A stretch of 64,000 nucleotides of DNA from a virus (IMGVR_UViG_3300032322_002674:109458-173457); one strand, 5' to 3'; counted from the stretch's first letter, positions 28,590 to 38,911 are shown. A program made the numbers and translations. Notes: generated by a model from the letters alone, not told the origin.

Positions 28590-28947
28590 AATACTTTGTT
28601 TTTTAAAAAAATATTGGTATATACCAGTAATAGTTTTGTTAACTTTATTGTTAATATATAACAATAATAATTCTAATAAATTAGTAAAAGAATATCAAAA
28701 ACAAATAAAAGAATCTGAAAATATAATAAAAGGTAATGAGAAAAATATTGATGAATTAAATAAAAAAATTAAAAAAATTGATGATGAATTAAATATTTTA
28801 AAAGAAAGGGAAAGGGATATTAAAGAAAAAGAAAAAGATATTGATAAAAAAACTAAAGATAAAATAACTAAAGTGAATGAAGAAAATAATCCAAACTCAC
28901 TTATAAAATTATATAAAGAAACAATTAAAAAACATGAAAAAGATTAA
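28579..28947 (+). CDS. N-terminal TM + coiled-coil protein (i-spanin-like topology)
   Basis: TM 'YWYIPVIVLLTLLLIY' followed by a long charged coiled coil. Confidence 0.3.
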   Translation: MQTKILCFLKKYWYIPVIVLLTLLLIYNNNNSNKLVKEYQKQIKESENIIKGNEKNIDELNKKIKKIDDELNILKERERDIKEKEKDIDKKTKDKITKVNEENNPNSLIKLYKETIKKHEKD

Positions 28948-29368
28948 ATTTACACTTATTTTATTATTAATGTCTTTGTTTTCTTTTGCACAAGAATATC
29001 CAAAACTATATTCAAAACAACAAAGATTATATCTGATTACAGAACCACAATTAAAAACCACAATAAAGATGGGTATAAAAATTGATATGTGTGTAGAAAA
29101 ATTAGAGTTATGCAAAAATCTTAATAAAATAAAAGATGAAAGAATAAATCTTTTAAATAAAAGAGGTTTTTATTGTGAGGAAAAAATTGAACAACAAAAA
29201 TCAATTATAAATCAACAATCTAAACAATTACAATTAAAAGAAGAAATAATTAAAGAAAAAAATAAGGAAATTAAAAACCAAAAAGTTAAAAAAATTGTTG
29301 GTGTGACAGTTGGTATTGGTTTGGGTTTCATTGGTGGTGTAGTTACTGCAACATATTTGGTTAATTAA
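28934..29368 (+). CDS. signal peptide + coiled-coil + C-terminal TM protein
   Basis: 'MKKIKFTLILLLMSLFSFAQE' then coiled coil, C-terminal 'GVTVGIGLGFIGGVVTATYLV'. Confidence 0.35.
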   Translation: MKKIKFTLILLLMSLFSFAQEYPKLYSKQQRLYLITEPQLKTTIKMGIKIDMCVEKLELCKNLNKIKDERINLLNKRGFYCEEKIEQQKSIINQQSKQLQLKEEIIKEKNKEIKNQKVKKIVGVTVGIGLGFIGGVVTATYLVN

Positions 29369-29369
29369 A

Positions 29370-30323
29370 ATGAAAATAGAAGATTTTGGTTCTAAGGGTG
29401 AAATTTTTTCTTATGGAATGATGAATTTCGATATAGAAAAATTGGTTAAAGAATTGAATTCAGGGAAATACAATTATGAAATTAAAGAAATAAAACCTTT
29501 TAATCCAAAAGAATCTTTTATATACATTGATGATTCAAAATTACCAAAAGAAATAAATTATGATAAACCTATTGCATTATTTTTAACCTTTAAATATAAA
29601 GGTTCAGAAACTAATATAATTGTTGATGGAAATCATAGAATGTATAAGGCATATAAAGATGGTGTGGATTCTGTAAAAATTTTGGTTATTAAAGATATTA
29701 ATCTTATTAAAAAAATAATATATGGTTATGGTAAAAATTTTGGTAAGGAAATAAAAAAACATATTACAGAGGATGTAGAAAGAATTCCTGAAAACATATT
29801 GGAAAGATTAAGAAAAAAATTTAAACTTAAAAAATATTGTGTTGGTGCTCAAGGTTGTCATGGTAGGATTTATGAATTAACAAATGGGAATCTTTTAAAA
29901 GTTACCACATCACCATCAGAATCTTATATTGCATCAAAATTGGTGGGAAAAAATTTAAAACATATTGCAAATGTTTATTGGGTTAAAAAAATTAAGGATG
30001 AAGAACTTTGGATATATGAGGTTGAGAAAATAAAAATTCCCTGGAAAAGTGAAGATATTTTGTTATATGAAGAAATAACTGGTGATTGGTTTGAAGTAGA
30101 TGATTGGATTTCACAAAAAGAAAATAAAAAAGATAAAGATAAAATTAAATTTTTTGATGAAGGTTTAGAAAAAATAAAAGAAGAAGTAAAAAGTTTAGGA
30201 ATACATGAAAGGGCATTAGATTTACACATTTTTAATTTAGGTATAAAAAATGGTGAACTAGCAATTTTTGATTTGGATGATGCAATGAGAACTAAATTTG
30301 ATACAGAAGAAATTGATTTATAA
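29370..30323 (+). CDS. ParB/sulfiredoxin-like nuclease-domain protein with a possible kinase-like C-terminal half
   Basis: 'NIIVDGNHRMYKAYKDG' (DGxHR motif). C-terminal 'VGAQGCHGRIYELTNGNLLKV' glycine-loop-like. Speculative. Confidence 0.3.
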   Translation: MKIEDFGSKGEIFSYGMMNFDIEKLVKELNSGKYNYEIKEIKPFNPKESFIYIDDSKLPKEINYDKPIALFLTFKYKGSETNIIVDGNHRMYKAYKDGVDSVKILVIKDINLIKKIIYGYGKNFGKEIKKHITEDVERIPENILERLRKKFKLKKYCVGAQGCHGRIYELTNGNLLKVTTSPSESYIASKLVGKNLKHIANVYWVKKIKDEELWIYEVEKIKIPWKSEDILLYEEITGDWFEVDDWISQKENKKDKDKIKFFDEGLEKIKEEVKSLGIHERALDLHIFNLGIKNGELAIFDLDDAMRTKFDTEEIDL

Positions 30324-30350
30324 TATATTTATATTATAAATCTTAAATCA

Positions 30351-31277
30351 ATGAAAATTTCTATAACCGAAGAAAAATTACATTCCATTATTCAAGAAGG
30401 AATACTTTTAGAGAACAAAAAAGTTGCAAAACAATTTCTTGAACAAAATAAAATCACACAAGAAGATTTTTCTCAAATTGAACAAATTGACCCAACACCA
30501 ACAAAAAAATATATGGGTTGGATGGCAAAAATTCTTGCAACAGAAAAACCATCAATTGATTTGTTAAGAAACGCAGTAACAGAATATCATAGTTTACTAT
30601 CAAGAATTCCAGGAAAAATAAAACAAAAAGAAGATAATCTTAATAAACAAAAAGAAGATGGAAAAATATCTGATGATGAATTTGATAAACAATTAAAACA
30701 ACTTCAATTAGAAAAAGAAAAGGTTGATATATATAAAATTAAAACATTTAGTGAATTACAAAATTTGGTTGATGAATTAAACCAAGAAGTTTCATCTTAT
30801 AAATCTTCAAAAGAAAAGGATTTTGAAGTAATTGCAGATAATTCAGAAATATATGTTGTGCATCCTATGTCATGGGAAGCATCAAGAAGGGTTTGTATAT
30901 CAAAATTTGCAGTAAATAAAAAAGGACAACAAGATTCCCCCTGGTGTACAGGTTTTGGAAATGATACCCACTTTGTTTCTTATCATTTATCTCAATTAAA
31001 TACATTTTATTATGTTCTTTGTCATGGTCCGAATATTACAAATGACTTGAAAAAAGTATTTGGTAAAGTAGAAAGAAGTGGTCATGGTGTTGATTTACCA
31101 AAATATGAGGCATACCAAAAAGTTGCAATAATGGTTAAACCTTATACCGTTAATGGTGTTAGACAAGAAGAAGTTCCTTTTACAAAAGAATATTACGAAC
31201 CTTATGATGCAACTGATTCAGTTATTCCCTGGTCAGATTTTGTTAAATATTGGGAAATTATAAACAGATACTCATAA
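30351..31277 (+). CDS. hypothetical protein
   Basis: 308-aa ORF, coiled-coil-rich middle. Confidence 0.4.
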   Translation: MKISITEEKLHSIIQEGILLENKKVAKQFLEQNKITQEDFSQIEQIDPTPTKKYMGWMAKILATEKPSIDLLRNAVTEYHSLLSRIPGKIKQKEDNLNKQKEDGKISDDEFDKQLKQLQLEKEKVDIYKIKTFSELQNLVDELNQEVSSYKSSKEKDFEVIADNSEIYVVHPMSWEASRRVCISKFAVNKKGQQDSPWCTGFGNDTHFVSYHLSQLNTFYYVLCHGPNITNDLKKVFGKVERSGHGVDLPKYEAYQKVAIMVKPYTVNGVRQEEVPFTKEYYEPYDATDSVIPWSDFVKYWEIINRYS

Positions 31278-31457
31278 TGAAAAAAGAAATCACCAAACAA
31301 GAAGTTCTATCCTTAATTGATGATAAGTTAAAAAAACATATCAAATCAAAAGAATTGGAGGATAAAATTGTTGAAAAAATAAAAGAATTATTGGTAAATT
31401 ATCACAAAACCTTATTTCATAAAAGAAATAATTGGGTTAATTCTTTGGAAAAATAAT

Positions 31458-32288
31458 ATGATAAACGAAAAATTTGGAGTTACAACTAATTTAAAACCTT
31501 TAATTGATTTATTAAAATATTCTATTTTAAATTCACCTTATGAATCGTTTTTAATGGGTAATGGTTTTGATTTTGGTGAGTTCCCAATTAAACATATAAA
31601 AATTGATAAAGAAAAATCTGAAAAAACAAAAGGTAATGTTAATTTTAAAGTAGGAACTGATGAATATGGTAATAAATTATTTATTATAAATTTAAATGTA
31701 TTTTATAATCCAGAAAATCTAATTGAATTGGACTCTTTTTTAAATCACGAACTTCATCATTTTTATGATTTTTATAAAAGGGAAGGAAAGGAAACAAAAA
31801 CAAAAGGTTTTATTAAAGTAAGAAATAAATTGAAACTTTACAATGACAATCCAATAACCAATAAATTCTATACAATGATTTATCTTTCTTTGGATGAAGA
31901 AATAAATGCAAGAGTACAAGAACTTTATTCTGATTTAAAAAATGGTTATGATTTAAAAGAAACCAAATCTTATAATGAATGTATGATGTTGTTAGATTAT
32001 AATATTAATGAATTGAATGAACTAGAAAATAAGGAACAAATAATGGAAAGAATTAATGAACTTTCTAAAGAAATTAATGTTGATTTATATTTTAATAATT
32101 TTGAAAAATTTAAAAATTATTTTGAAAATAGATTTAAAAATAAAGGAAAAAAACTTTTAAAAAAACTACTTAAAATATCTGCAACATACAATCAAATAGA
32201 AGAATCTTTATTTGAATATTCCCTAACTATTCTTGGCGAAAATGTTTATAAATTTTTTAATAATAAAGATTTTAAAAAATTGCATTAA
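31458..32288 (+). CDS. hypothetical protein with HExxH motif (possible zincin-like)
   Basis: 'LNHELHHFYDF'. Confidence 0.25.
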   Translation: MINEKFGVTTNLKPLIDLLKYSILNSPYESFLMGNGFDFGEFPIKHIKIDKEKSEKTKGNVNFKVGTDEYGNKLFIINLNVFYNPENLIELDSFLNHELHHFYDFYKREGKETKTKGFIKVRNKLKLYNDNPITNKFYTMIYLSLDEEINARVQELYSDLKNGYDLKETKSYNECMMLLDYNINELNELENKEQIMERINELSKEINVDLYFNNFEKFKNYFENRFKNKGKKLLKKLLKISATYNQIEESLFEYSLTILGENVYKFFNNKDFKKLH

Positions 32289-32334
32289 AAAATTAAAATT
32301 TTATTTTTATCTTTGTTGTGTTAAATTTAAACAA

Positions 32335-32565
32335 ATGAACACAAACTTCTTTATAAAAACAATTTTATCACTTCATGGTATTATAATGTTCCTGATATTA
32401 ATATTTGGAATTTATATCATTCTTGGATTATTATTTTTAATTACAAAAAGTACATGGTTTTTGGTTTTTGGTGGTATTTTTCTTTTAATGGATTTATTTA
32501 AACATCATTGGATGAAAAATAATGGTTTTAAATTGGGTAAAGGATTAACTTATGAAAAAGAGTAA
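32335..32565 (+). CDS. small membrane protein (start moved to the internal ATG downstream of a TATCTTTG element)
   Basis: Hydrophobic 'LHGIIMFLILIFGIYIILGLLFLI'. TAtcTTTG at 32308-32315. Confidence 0.3.
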   Translation: MNTNFFIKTILSLHGIIMFLILIFGIYIILGLLFLITKSTWFLVFGGIFLLMDLFKHHWMKNNGFKLGKGLTYEKE

Positions 32566-32626
32566 TCTTAATTTTGGTGATTGGTATTTTTATAAAGGTA
32601 AAATAATAAGAAAAATTAAATAAAAA

Positions 32627-32938
32627 ATGGAAGAAAAAAAATTAACAATTTGGGTGGTACTTTGGGTATTACTTTTAGGATGGTTGTTCAAAAAGTCAAC
32701 ATCAAAATTCTTTAAATCCTTATTTGCAGGATTAATAGTTTATTCTTTATATCCCATCATCAGGGGGGTATTAAGTGGAGGTTATCCTGATTGGGATAAA
32801 GTCCAAAAAGAAACAATTGTAATGAGTTTCTTACCTGCACTTTATTTGTTGTGGGAAGAAATATCCAATTGGTTCGGGTTGGATTCAGAAAATATTAAAA
32901 ATAAGGTAACAAATTTTATTAAAGAATTAAAAAATTAA
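32627..32938 (+). CDS. small membrane protein
   Basis: Two TM segments. Confidence 0.35.
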   Translation: MEEKKLTIWVVLWVLLLGWLFKKSTSKFFKSLFAGLIVYSLYPIIRGVLSGGYPDWDKVQKETIVMSFLPALYLLWEEISNWFGLDSENIKNKVTNFIKELKN

Positions 32939-33084
32939 AAATATGTTTTGGATTAATTTTACAATAGGTTATGTTATTAATGAATCGTTTTTGGAGAAAA
33001 GAAATGTTTTTTTCTAAGGATTGGGAATTTTTTGCAATTCTTATGTGTATTTTGAATTTTTTAATGACTTTGATAAAACTTTAA

Positions 33085-33423
33085 ATGAGAAAACTTATTA
33101 TATATTTTTTAATTTTTTTTTCCTTTTTTTATTATTGGGAAAATATTAAAGAACATTTGTTCATTATATTTGACCTTTTTTGGTCATTAGAAGTCATTTA
33201 CCGAGTTTTAATTGTTGGTGTGTTGGTTTATATCGGTTCAATTAAAAACTTCCTTAAAGGGGTTTATAATGAAAATTCTAAATTAATTAACAGTTTATTT
33301 TTAATATTGGTATTGTCTTTTATAGGTATTAATGTTTGGGGTTATGAAGATTTAAGAAATATAATCATTGCAATTGGTATAGTTGGTTTTGTCTGGATTG
33401 CAATGTTATTTAATAACGAATAA
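33085..33423 (+). CDS. small membrane protein
   Basis: Multiple hydrophobic segments. Confidence 0.35.
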   Translation: MRKLIIYFLIFFSFFYYWENIKEHLFIIFDLFWSLEVIYRVLIVGVLVYIGSIKNFLKGVYNENSKLINSLFLILVLSFIGINVWGYEDLRNIIIAIGIVGFVWIAMLFNNE

Positions 33424-33434
33424 AAATGGTGGTT

Positions 33435-34034
33435 TTAAATCAAATTCTTTTCAAACAAATCTGAATTAAATGCAGGTGAAATATCTGTATAAAAAGAGTT
33501 ATAATTACTTTTTGATACAATACCTTTAAAATTCTCAATTCCAGGAATCTTAATATTATCTTGTATGAAATTCTTATTTATATTAAATTTTTCACATAAA
33601 TATTTTGATAACTTTGCACAAGAAATTGTTTGTTCATCACTATAACTATCCCAATAACCATGATTTCTCCACATTCTTTCATAGATGTTACCATAAAACA
33701 AATCACCAATAAAATCAAAATAATAACCATTTAATATATCTTTATCCAACCAACCACGATTAACTAAAGATATAACAATAATATTTCTATCAATATTTTT
33801 ATCACCCAATACATCTGAATAATATTCAGGATTAAAGTGTTGAAAAATATTACCCTCCCTATCAATGGTGAAGTGAGGGGTTTTTGTATTTTTACCAAAA
33901 TTTCTATATCTTAATTTTGCAAAATGTTTATCAATTTCCCTAAATGTATTTGTTAATAGAATTTGGGTTTTTGGGGTTTTTTCTTTATTGTAATTATTAA
34001 ATGTTAATTTATATTTTGTTTTATCAATGTCCAT
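33435..34034 (-). CDS. PGRP / N-acetylmuramoyl-L-alanine amidase (amidase_2)-like protein, endolysin candidate
   Basis: 'PHFTIDREGNIFQHFNP...NIIVISLVNRG' parallels T7 lysozyme 'GYHFIIKRDGTVEAG...NSIGVCLVGG'. The first Zn-ligand His appears to be replaced ('ILLTNTF'). Confidence 0.4.
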   Translation of the reverse strand: MDIDKTKYKLTFNNYNKEKTPKTQILLTNTFREIDKHFAKLRYRNFGKNTKTPHFTIDREGNIFQHFNPEYYSDVLGDKNIDRNIIVISLVNRGWLDKDILNGYYFDFIGDLFYGNIYERMWRNHGYWDSYSDEQTISCAKLSKYLCEKFNINKNFIQDNIKIPGIENFKGIVSKSNYNSFYTDISPAFNSDLFEKNLI

Positions 34035-34098
34035 ACATTTATAAATATAAAAAATTGCATAAAAAAATAAAGAAATTTTTGTTATTTTTGTTTAAAAT

Positions 34099-34347
34099 AT
34101 GGAAATCTTAATAGGTTTTATTTCTTTAATAGTTTTATTGGTGGTATTTTACTTTTTAATTTTACCTTTAATAAAGTTATTAGGTAAATGGCTACTACTG
34201 TATTCTTATGGAGCGAGTACAGATGATAATTTTATTCTTTTTTGTAGTGGTTTATTTGGTTTACTTGGAATTGGACTTATTACTGTATTTTTAATTAAAT
34301 TATCAAAATTATTGGGTGAATTTTTAATAATGCATTGTTACATTTAA
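34099..34347 (+). CDS. small 2-TM membrane protein (holin candidate)
   Basis: 82 aa with two hydrophobic helices, adjacent to the amidase-like gene. Confidence 0.3.
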   Translation: MEILIGFISLIVLLVVFYFLILPLIKLLGKWLLLYSYGASTDDNFILFCSGLFGLLGIGLITVFLIKLSKLLGEFLIMHCYI

Positions 34348-34353
34348 AAAATT

Positions 34354-34554
34354 ATGATGGTCTCATTAACAACTTATTTATTAATTATATTATTACCAAT
34401 TTATTGTTATTGTTATTATCTTACAATAATAAATTCTTCATTTATTGATGGTTGGGATTTTTTTTGGTTTTGTATATTATCCATTATTGGATGTTTTATT
34501 TTTGTTTTTATAATATATTTTGAAGATAAAGATAATTTTAAATGGTTTATTTAA
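34354..34554 (+). CDS. small membrane protein, paralog of 35482
   Basis: 'MMVSLTTYLLIILLPIYCYCYYLTIIN...NFKWFI' vs 'MIISINSYLLIIGLIIYCYYYYLIMIN...NWKWF'. Confidence 0.4.
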   Translation: MMVSLTTYLLIILLPIYCYCYYLTIINSSFIDGWDFFWFCILSIIGCFIFVFIIYFEDKDNFKWFI

Positions 34555-35227
34555 AACCTAAAAATCCACCTTTTCTTTTTTTCAAATTACCATTTATAAT
34601 TTCTGATGTTTGTGGTTGAGATATTTCAATGGGTTTTTCTTTATTTTCAATTTCCTCAATAACTTTATCCAATTCATCCTTTTCCTCAATAACATTATTA
34701 ACTTCTTCTTCAATTGGTGTTGCAATTTCTTCAACTTTATCATCTTTATATAATTCTTTGAAGATTATATGTGTTGATGCAAGATAAAGAACTGGTAACA
34801 TACCACCAGTTAATAGTGATAACAATCGTTTATGAAATCCCATAACATCATTAATTTCACCAAAAAAAGTGGAAATTAAATCAATAATTGGTTGACCAAT
34901 AAAGGTTATCCAGTTATTAAGAAAATTGGGATTAGATATTAATTGATTTGACATAAATTCAAATGCATAATAAGAATTACCTAATATTTGAAAAAACGCA
35001 ACTGTAATAAAAATAACCCATAAAGAATTGGTTTTATTCTTTGAATAGAAGATTGCAAATAAAGAACCTATTGCAACAGTTTCAAATGCAATTGCAGTAA
35101 TAATACTAATTAATAAATTATTAGATAATGCAAACAAAGAAATAACGTGAAATGTTGATACAAGGGTTATTATAACTGTTGCAACAATTAAAGGTAAAAA
35201 TGGTTTTAGTTTTTTCCACATAATCAT
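34547..35227 (-). CDS. multi-TM membrane protein with an acidic C-terminal tail
   Basis: Four to five hydrophobic segments, then a Glu/Lys-rich C-terminus. Confidence 0.4.
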   Translation of the reverse strand: MIMWKKLKPFLPLIVATVIITLVSTFHVISLFALSNNLLISIITAIAFETVAIGSLFAIFYSKNKTNSLWVIFITVAFFQILGNSYYAFEFMSNQLISNPNFLNNWITFIGQPIIDLISTFFGEINDVMGFHKRLLSLLTGGMLPVLYLASTHIIFKELYKDDKVEEIATPIEEEVNNVIEEKDELDKVIEEIENKEKPIEISQPQTSEIINGNLKKRKGGFLGFK

Positions 35228-35481
35228 AAAGATAAATATTGCATAAGAAAATTAAACTATTTTTTGTATTTTTGTTGTGTAAATTTTTATTATGGATTTA
35301 AGACTTTAACCAAAAAGAAATTTTCTTATAGATGTGGACAATTGATTAACTCATTAGACAAACCTATTTATTTTATCTCACAAAACTATACAAGTGCAAA
35401 AGATTTCTTTAGAACATTGAATCGTATTGGTTTTAAACTAACTGAAACTGAATCTAAAAGATTATGGAATATATTTGAATT

Positions 35482-35739
35482 ATGATTATTAGTATTAATT
35501 CTTATTTATTGATTATTGGGTTAATAATTTATTGTTATTATTATTATTTAATAATGATAAATGAAGAAAAAAGTAAGGTCATAATTCAATTTCTTAAATG
35601 TTTTAATTATGACCTTGAATGGTTTTTATATTTTATATACTTAACATTTATATTATCTTTAATTTTTATTCTTGCACCATTAGAGTTAATAACAATAATC
35701 AATAAACCAGAAAAAAGGAAAAATTGGAAATGGTTTTAA
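35482..35739 (+). CDS. small membrane protein, paralog of 34354
   Basis: See 34354. Confidence 0.4.
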   Translation: MIISINSYLLIIGLIIYCYYYYLIMINEEKSKVIIQFLKCFNYDLEWFLYFIYLTFILSLIFILAPLELITIINKPEKRKNWKWF

Positions 35740-35755
35740 TTTTTCCTTTTCTTAT

Positions 35756-36082
35756 TTAATTTTTTTGTAATTCCTTAAAAATTTTTTCTTTATCCTTCTT
35801 ACATTCATTTAAGGAATTTTCAAGTAATTGAATTTGTTGTTCACAACCATTTGTTTTAACCCCATCTTTTTCTGCAAGAGAGTTTAATTCCAGATTTTTT
35901 AAGGTTAAAAGTGAGTCTTTTGATTTGATTATATTTTGCAAAGAATCTTCTTTCTTTCTTGTATAAAATAAAGAATTATTTAATTTTTTTACATCTGATT
36001 GTTTTTTACAATAACTAAGTAAAAGTATTACAGATATTATACTAATAATAGTAAATTTGTTTTTTAAGATAAAGTTTTTCAT
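35756..36082 (-). CDS. lipoprotein with coiled coil
   Basis: Signal 'ISVILLLSYCKKQ' with a lipobox-like LSYC. Confidence 0.35.
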   Translation of the reverse strand: MKNFILKNKFTIISIISVILLLSYCKKQSDVKKLNNSLFYTRKKEDSLQNIIKSKDSLLTLKNLELNSLAEKDGVKTNGCEQQIQLLENSLNECKKDKEKIFKELQKN

Positions 36083-36235
36083 ATTTATTTTTTTGTTTTA
36101 AAAATGTACCATTGTGGTACTGATAAATGTTTATTTGTTATTGGACAATAATCCAATAAATCTGAATATGTTTGATAACCTTTAATAGAAAAAGTTCTAA
36201 TATCATCAGATTTATTATATTTTGCAACTTTAATG

Positions 36236-36715
36236 TTATTTTCTAAGAAAAACCATTTCATAATATTTTTTTAATTTTAATTTGAATGATAATTTGTATT
36301 TGTTTCTTAAAGGAACATACCAATTCATGTAGAAAAATTCTTTTAAATTAAAAGAATCATCCACATCTTTTTTAAATTCTAACATATAACCTTTTAGTTC
36401 ATCTAATTCTTCTTGTGAAAAGGTTTTTGGTTCATAAATAACATCTTTATAAGTAGAACTACCATCATCATTAAAACCTGACCAAATCTGACCTTCTATT
36501 TCTTGAGAATATTTATCCACAACTTTTTCTATGCAACTATCCACATTTTCATTAATTTCTTTATATGAAAAATATAAAATTCTACCAAAATCACATATCT
36601 CAAAATATTGATTATTTTTCAATTTTTTTGTTGGTAGTTTATAATCACATTCTTCTGAACAATTTGAAGTCCAGAAAGTGTACCAAATCGAATTACTCCA
36701 TCTACTGTATGCCAT
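36236..36715 (-). CDS. hypothetical protein
   Basis: 159-aa ORF. Confidence 0.4.
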   Translation of the reverse strand: MAYSRWSNSIWYTFWTSNCSEECDYKLPTKKLKNNQYFEICDFGRILYFSYKEINENVDSCIEKVVDKYSQEIEGQIWSGFNDDGSSTYKDVIYEPKTFSQEELDELKGYMLEFKKDVDDSFNLKEFFYMNWYVPLRNKYKLSFKLKLKKYYEMVFLRK

Positions 36716-36924
36716 CGAAATATTTTAAATCTATATTTTCATGAATTTTTATTTTGGTTTGATATTCACCAAAAGATTTTTCTGTTTTTTCTTTTTCGTA
36801 ATATGATTCTATTACAACATAAGAATTATCTGTAAATGTTATTTTTAAATAACCTTCATCATCATAACCTTTTAATTTTAAAGGTTTAACTTCTTTAATC
36901 ATTTTACCTACTAAGTATTGCATA

Positions 36925-38151
36925 TTATTGTACTATTAATTTACCTAATTTAATTTCACCATTTATTTTAGTTCTTCTACTTTTCCTAATTACTGGTTTA
37001 TTTTCTTCTTTTAAATACTTAGATAAACGTTTTTTGAACAAATCAACCATATCCAATTTTTCCCAATTAAAATTCTTACCAAAAAAACCTAACCCAGTTT
37101 CACTATAAATAGGTTGTTTTAAGTTTAAATGTTCAATTATGTCTTTTGGTTTAAAAGAAATAATTTTTATTAATTTTTTTGATAATTCTTCATCATTTAA
37201 GGTTGTTTTATTTCCTTTTGTTTCAATATTTAAAGAATTAATGTTACTTTCACCAATAACATAAGAAGTTTGTATTAAAACTTCATCAAATAAACCTGAT
37301 GCAACCAAATTTTTTGCAATATATCTGTTGAATAGTGCTGCACTTAAATCAACTTTTGATGGGTCTTTTCCTGATAAACCACCACCACCTATGATATAGT
37401 AACCATTATCCACACAAAGTTTTCTATTAGTTAAACCTGAATCGGATTCAGGACCACAGATTGAAAATTCCCCAAGAAAATTTATTTTATATTGAGTTTT
37501 GTTTGTGAAAAGTTTACCATAACCATTTTCTTGAATATAATCATTAATACAATTAAAAACATCATGTCTAAGTTTTTCTAAATAAGTACCTTCTTTATGT
37601 GAAATAGATACAACAACTGATTGTATTAGTTTTGGTTTATCATCATCATATAAAACTGTTATTTGAGTTTTACCATCAGGTAATAAATAATCATAACCAC
37701 AACTTCTAATTTTTTCTTCAATTCCTCTTGCAATAACATAAGGAAGTTTTAAATATTCTTTTGTTTCGTTGGTTGCAAAACCAAACATTATTCCCTGGTC
37801 ACCAGCACCCAAATCTTCACCACCTTCAACCAATTTATTTATTTCAGGTGATTGAATAATCATACGATTTTCTACTTCTACTAAATGATTGAAATCTTTT
37901 TCTGTATCAGTATAACCAATTCTTATAATTGAATCTTTAACAATTTCTTTAATTTGTTCATCAGTAAAAGTTTTTTTGGTTTTAACCTCACCTGCAACTA
38001 TAACTTTTTTTGGTGTAACCAAAACTTCACAACCTAATTTTGTATTAGGGTCAATTTTTAAATATTCATCCAAAATTCTTGATGAAATGTAATCTGCGAT
38101 TTTATCTGGATGACCTAATGAAACATGTTCTTGTGTAATTACTTTTTTCAT
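36925..38151 (-). CDS. metK: S-adenosylmethionine synthetase
   Basis: 'MKKVITQEHVSLGHPDKIADYISSRILDEY' (GHPDK motif), 'GAGDQGIMFGFA', 'DGKTQITV', 'IGGGGLSGKDPSKVDLSAA'. Start moved to the internal Met. The listed ORF extends 25 codons upstream. Confidence 0.9.
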   Translation of the reverse strand: MKKVITQEHVSLGHPDKIADYISSRILDEYLKIDPNTKLGCEVLVTPKKVIVAGEVKTKKTFTDEQIKEIVKDSIIRIGYTDTEKDFNHLVEVENRMIIQSPEINKLVEGGEDLGAGDQGIMFGFATNETKEYLKLPYVIARGIEEKIRSCGYDYLLPDGKTQITVLYDDDKPKLIQSVVVSISHKEGTYLEKLRHDVFNCINDYIQENGYGKLFTNKTQYKINFLGEFSICGPESDSGLTNRKLCVDNGYYIIGGGGLSGKDPSKVDLSAALFNRYIAKNLVASGLFDEVLIQTSYVIGESNINSLNIETKGNKTTLNDEELSKKLIKIISFKPKDIIEHLNLKQPIYSETGLGFFGKNFNWEKLDMVDLFKKRLSKYLKEENKPVIRKSRRTKINGEIKLGKLIVQ

Positions 38152-38271
38152 AATTGTACTAATTTTAAAGAAATATAAATTCAAAACTTGAAAAATAAAG
38201 TTATTTCTTATTTTTGCCAATCTCACTTTAATATTTTATAAAAAACATTATTTTATGATAAAATTTATAAA

Positions 38272-38910
38272 ATGGTATCAAAAAATGGTTTCCAAAACGG
38301 AAAAGAATATGAATTTATTCAAAATAAATTGGGTGATTTTATATTTAGATGGGATTTTTGTTTTATTGATTTTTTAAAAGAAAATAACATTGATTTTGTT
38401 ATATCAGGTTCATCATCTTTATATATTAATGGTTATTTGGATAGAAAACCAAAAGATATTGATTTGAATATGGATGAAAATAATTTTAATAAATTGAAAG
38501 AATTAACCAAGAATAGTTATTGTAGTTTTTATGAAAGTAATACCTATGAAGAAGATGGGGAAGTTGTAGTTGATGATTGGTTTGGGGATTTTACAGTAAA
38601 AGAAGTTAAGAAAAAAAATAAAAATCCTTTTCCTGTAATGTGCAAAAAATTTTATAAATTTATATACTATGATGGTGTTAGATACCATAGATATGATATA
38701 TTTGTTTGTAACGAAAATACCAAAGATTTTCAGGAAGTTAATGGATTAAAAATAATGACTTTGTGGGGAATGATAAAAATAAAAATGTTAATTAATGTAT
38801 GTTATAATAAAATCAAAAAAGTTGATGGATTTCATTATAAAACAAAAATAAAACACCTAAAAGATACATTTGAGATTTTTGGAAAAATTGCAAATAAGAA
38901 ATTAGATTAA
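38272..38910 (+). CDS. hypothetical protein
   Basis: 212-aa ORF. Confidence 0.4.
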   Translation: MVSKNGFQNGKEYEFIQNKLGDFIFRWDFCFIDFLKENNIDFVISGSSSLYINGYLDRKPKDIDLNMDENNFNKLKELTKNSYCSFYESNTYEEDGEVVVDDWFGDFTVKEVKKKNKNPFPVMCKKFYKFIYYDGVRYHRYDIFVCNENTKDFQEVNGLKIMTLWGMIKIKMLINVCYNKIKKVDGFHYKTKIKHLKDTFEIFGKIANKKLD

Positions 38911-38911
38911 T

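Noticed and set aside
35264-35485. 73-aa ORF starting with TTG.
   Set aside because: It has no ATG. A TATTTTTG promoter-like element lies inside it, and the first downstream ATG (35292) gives only a 5-codon peptide. It may be real but is unsupported.
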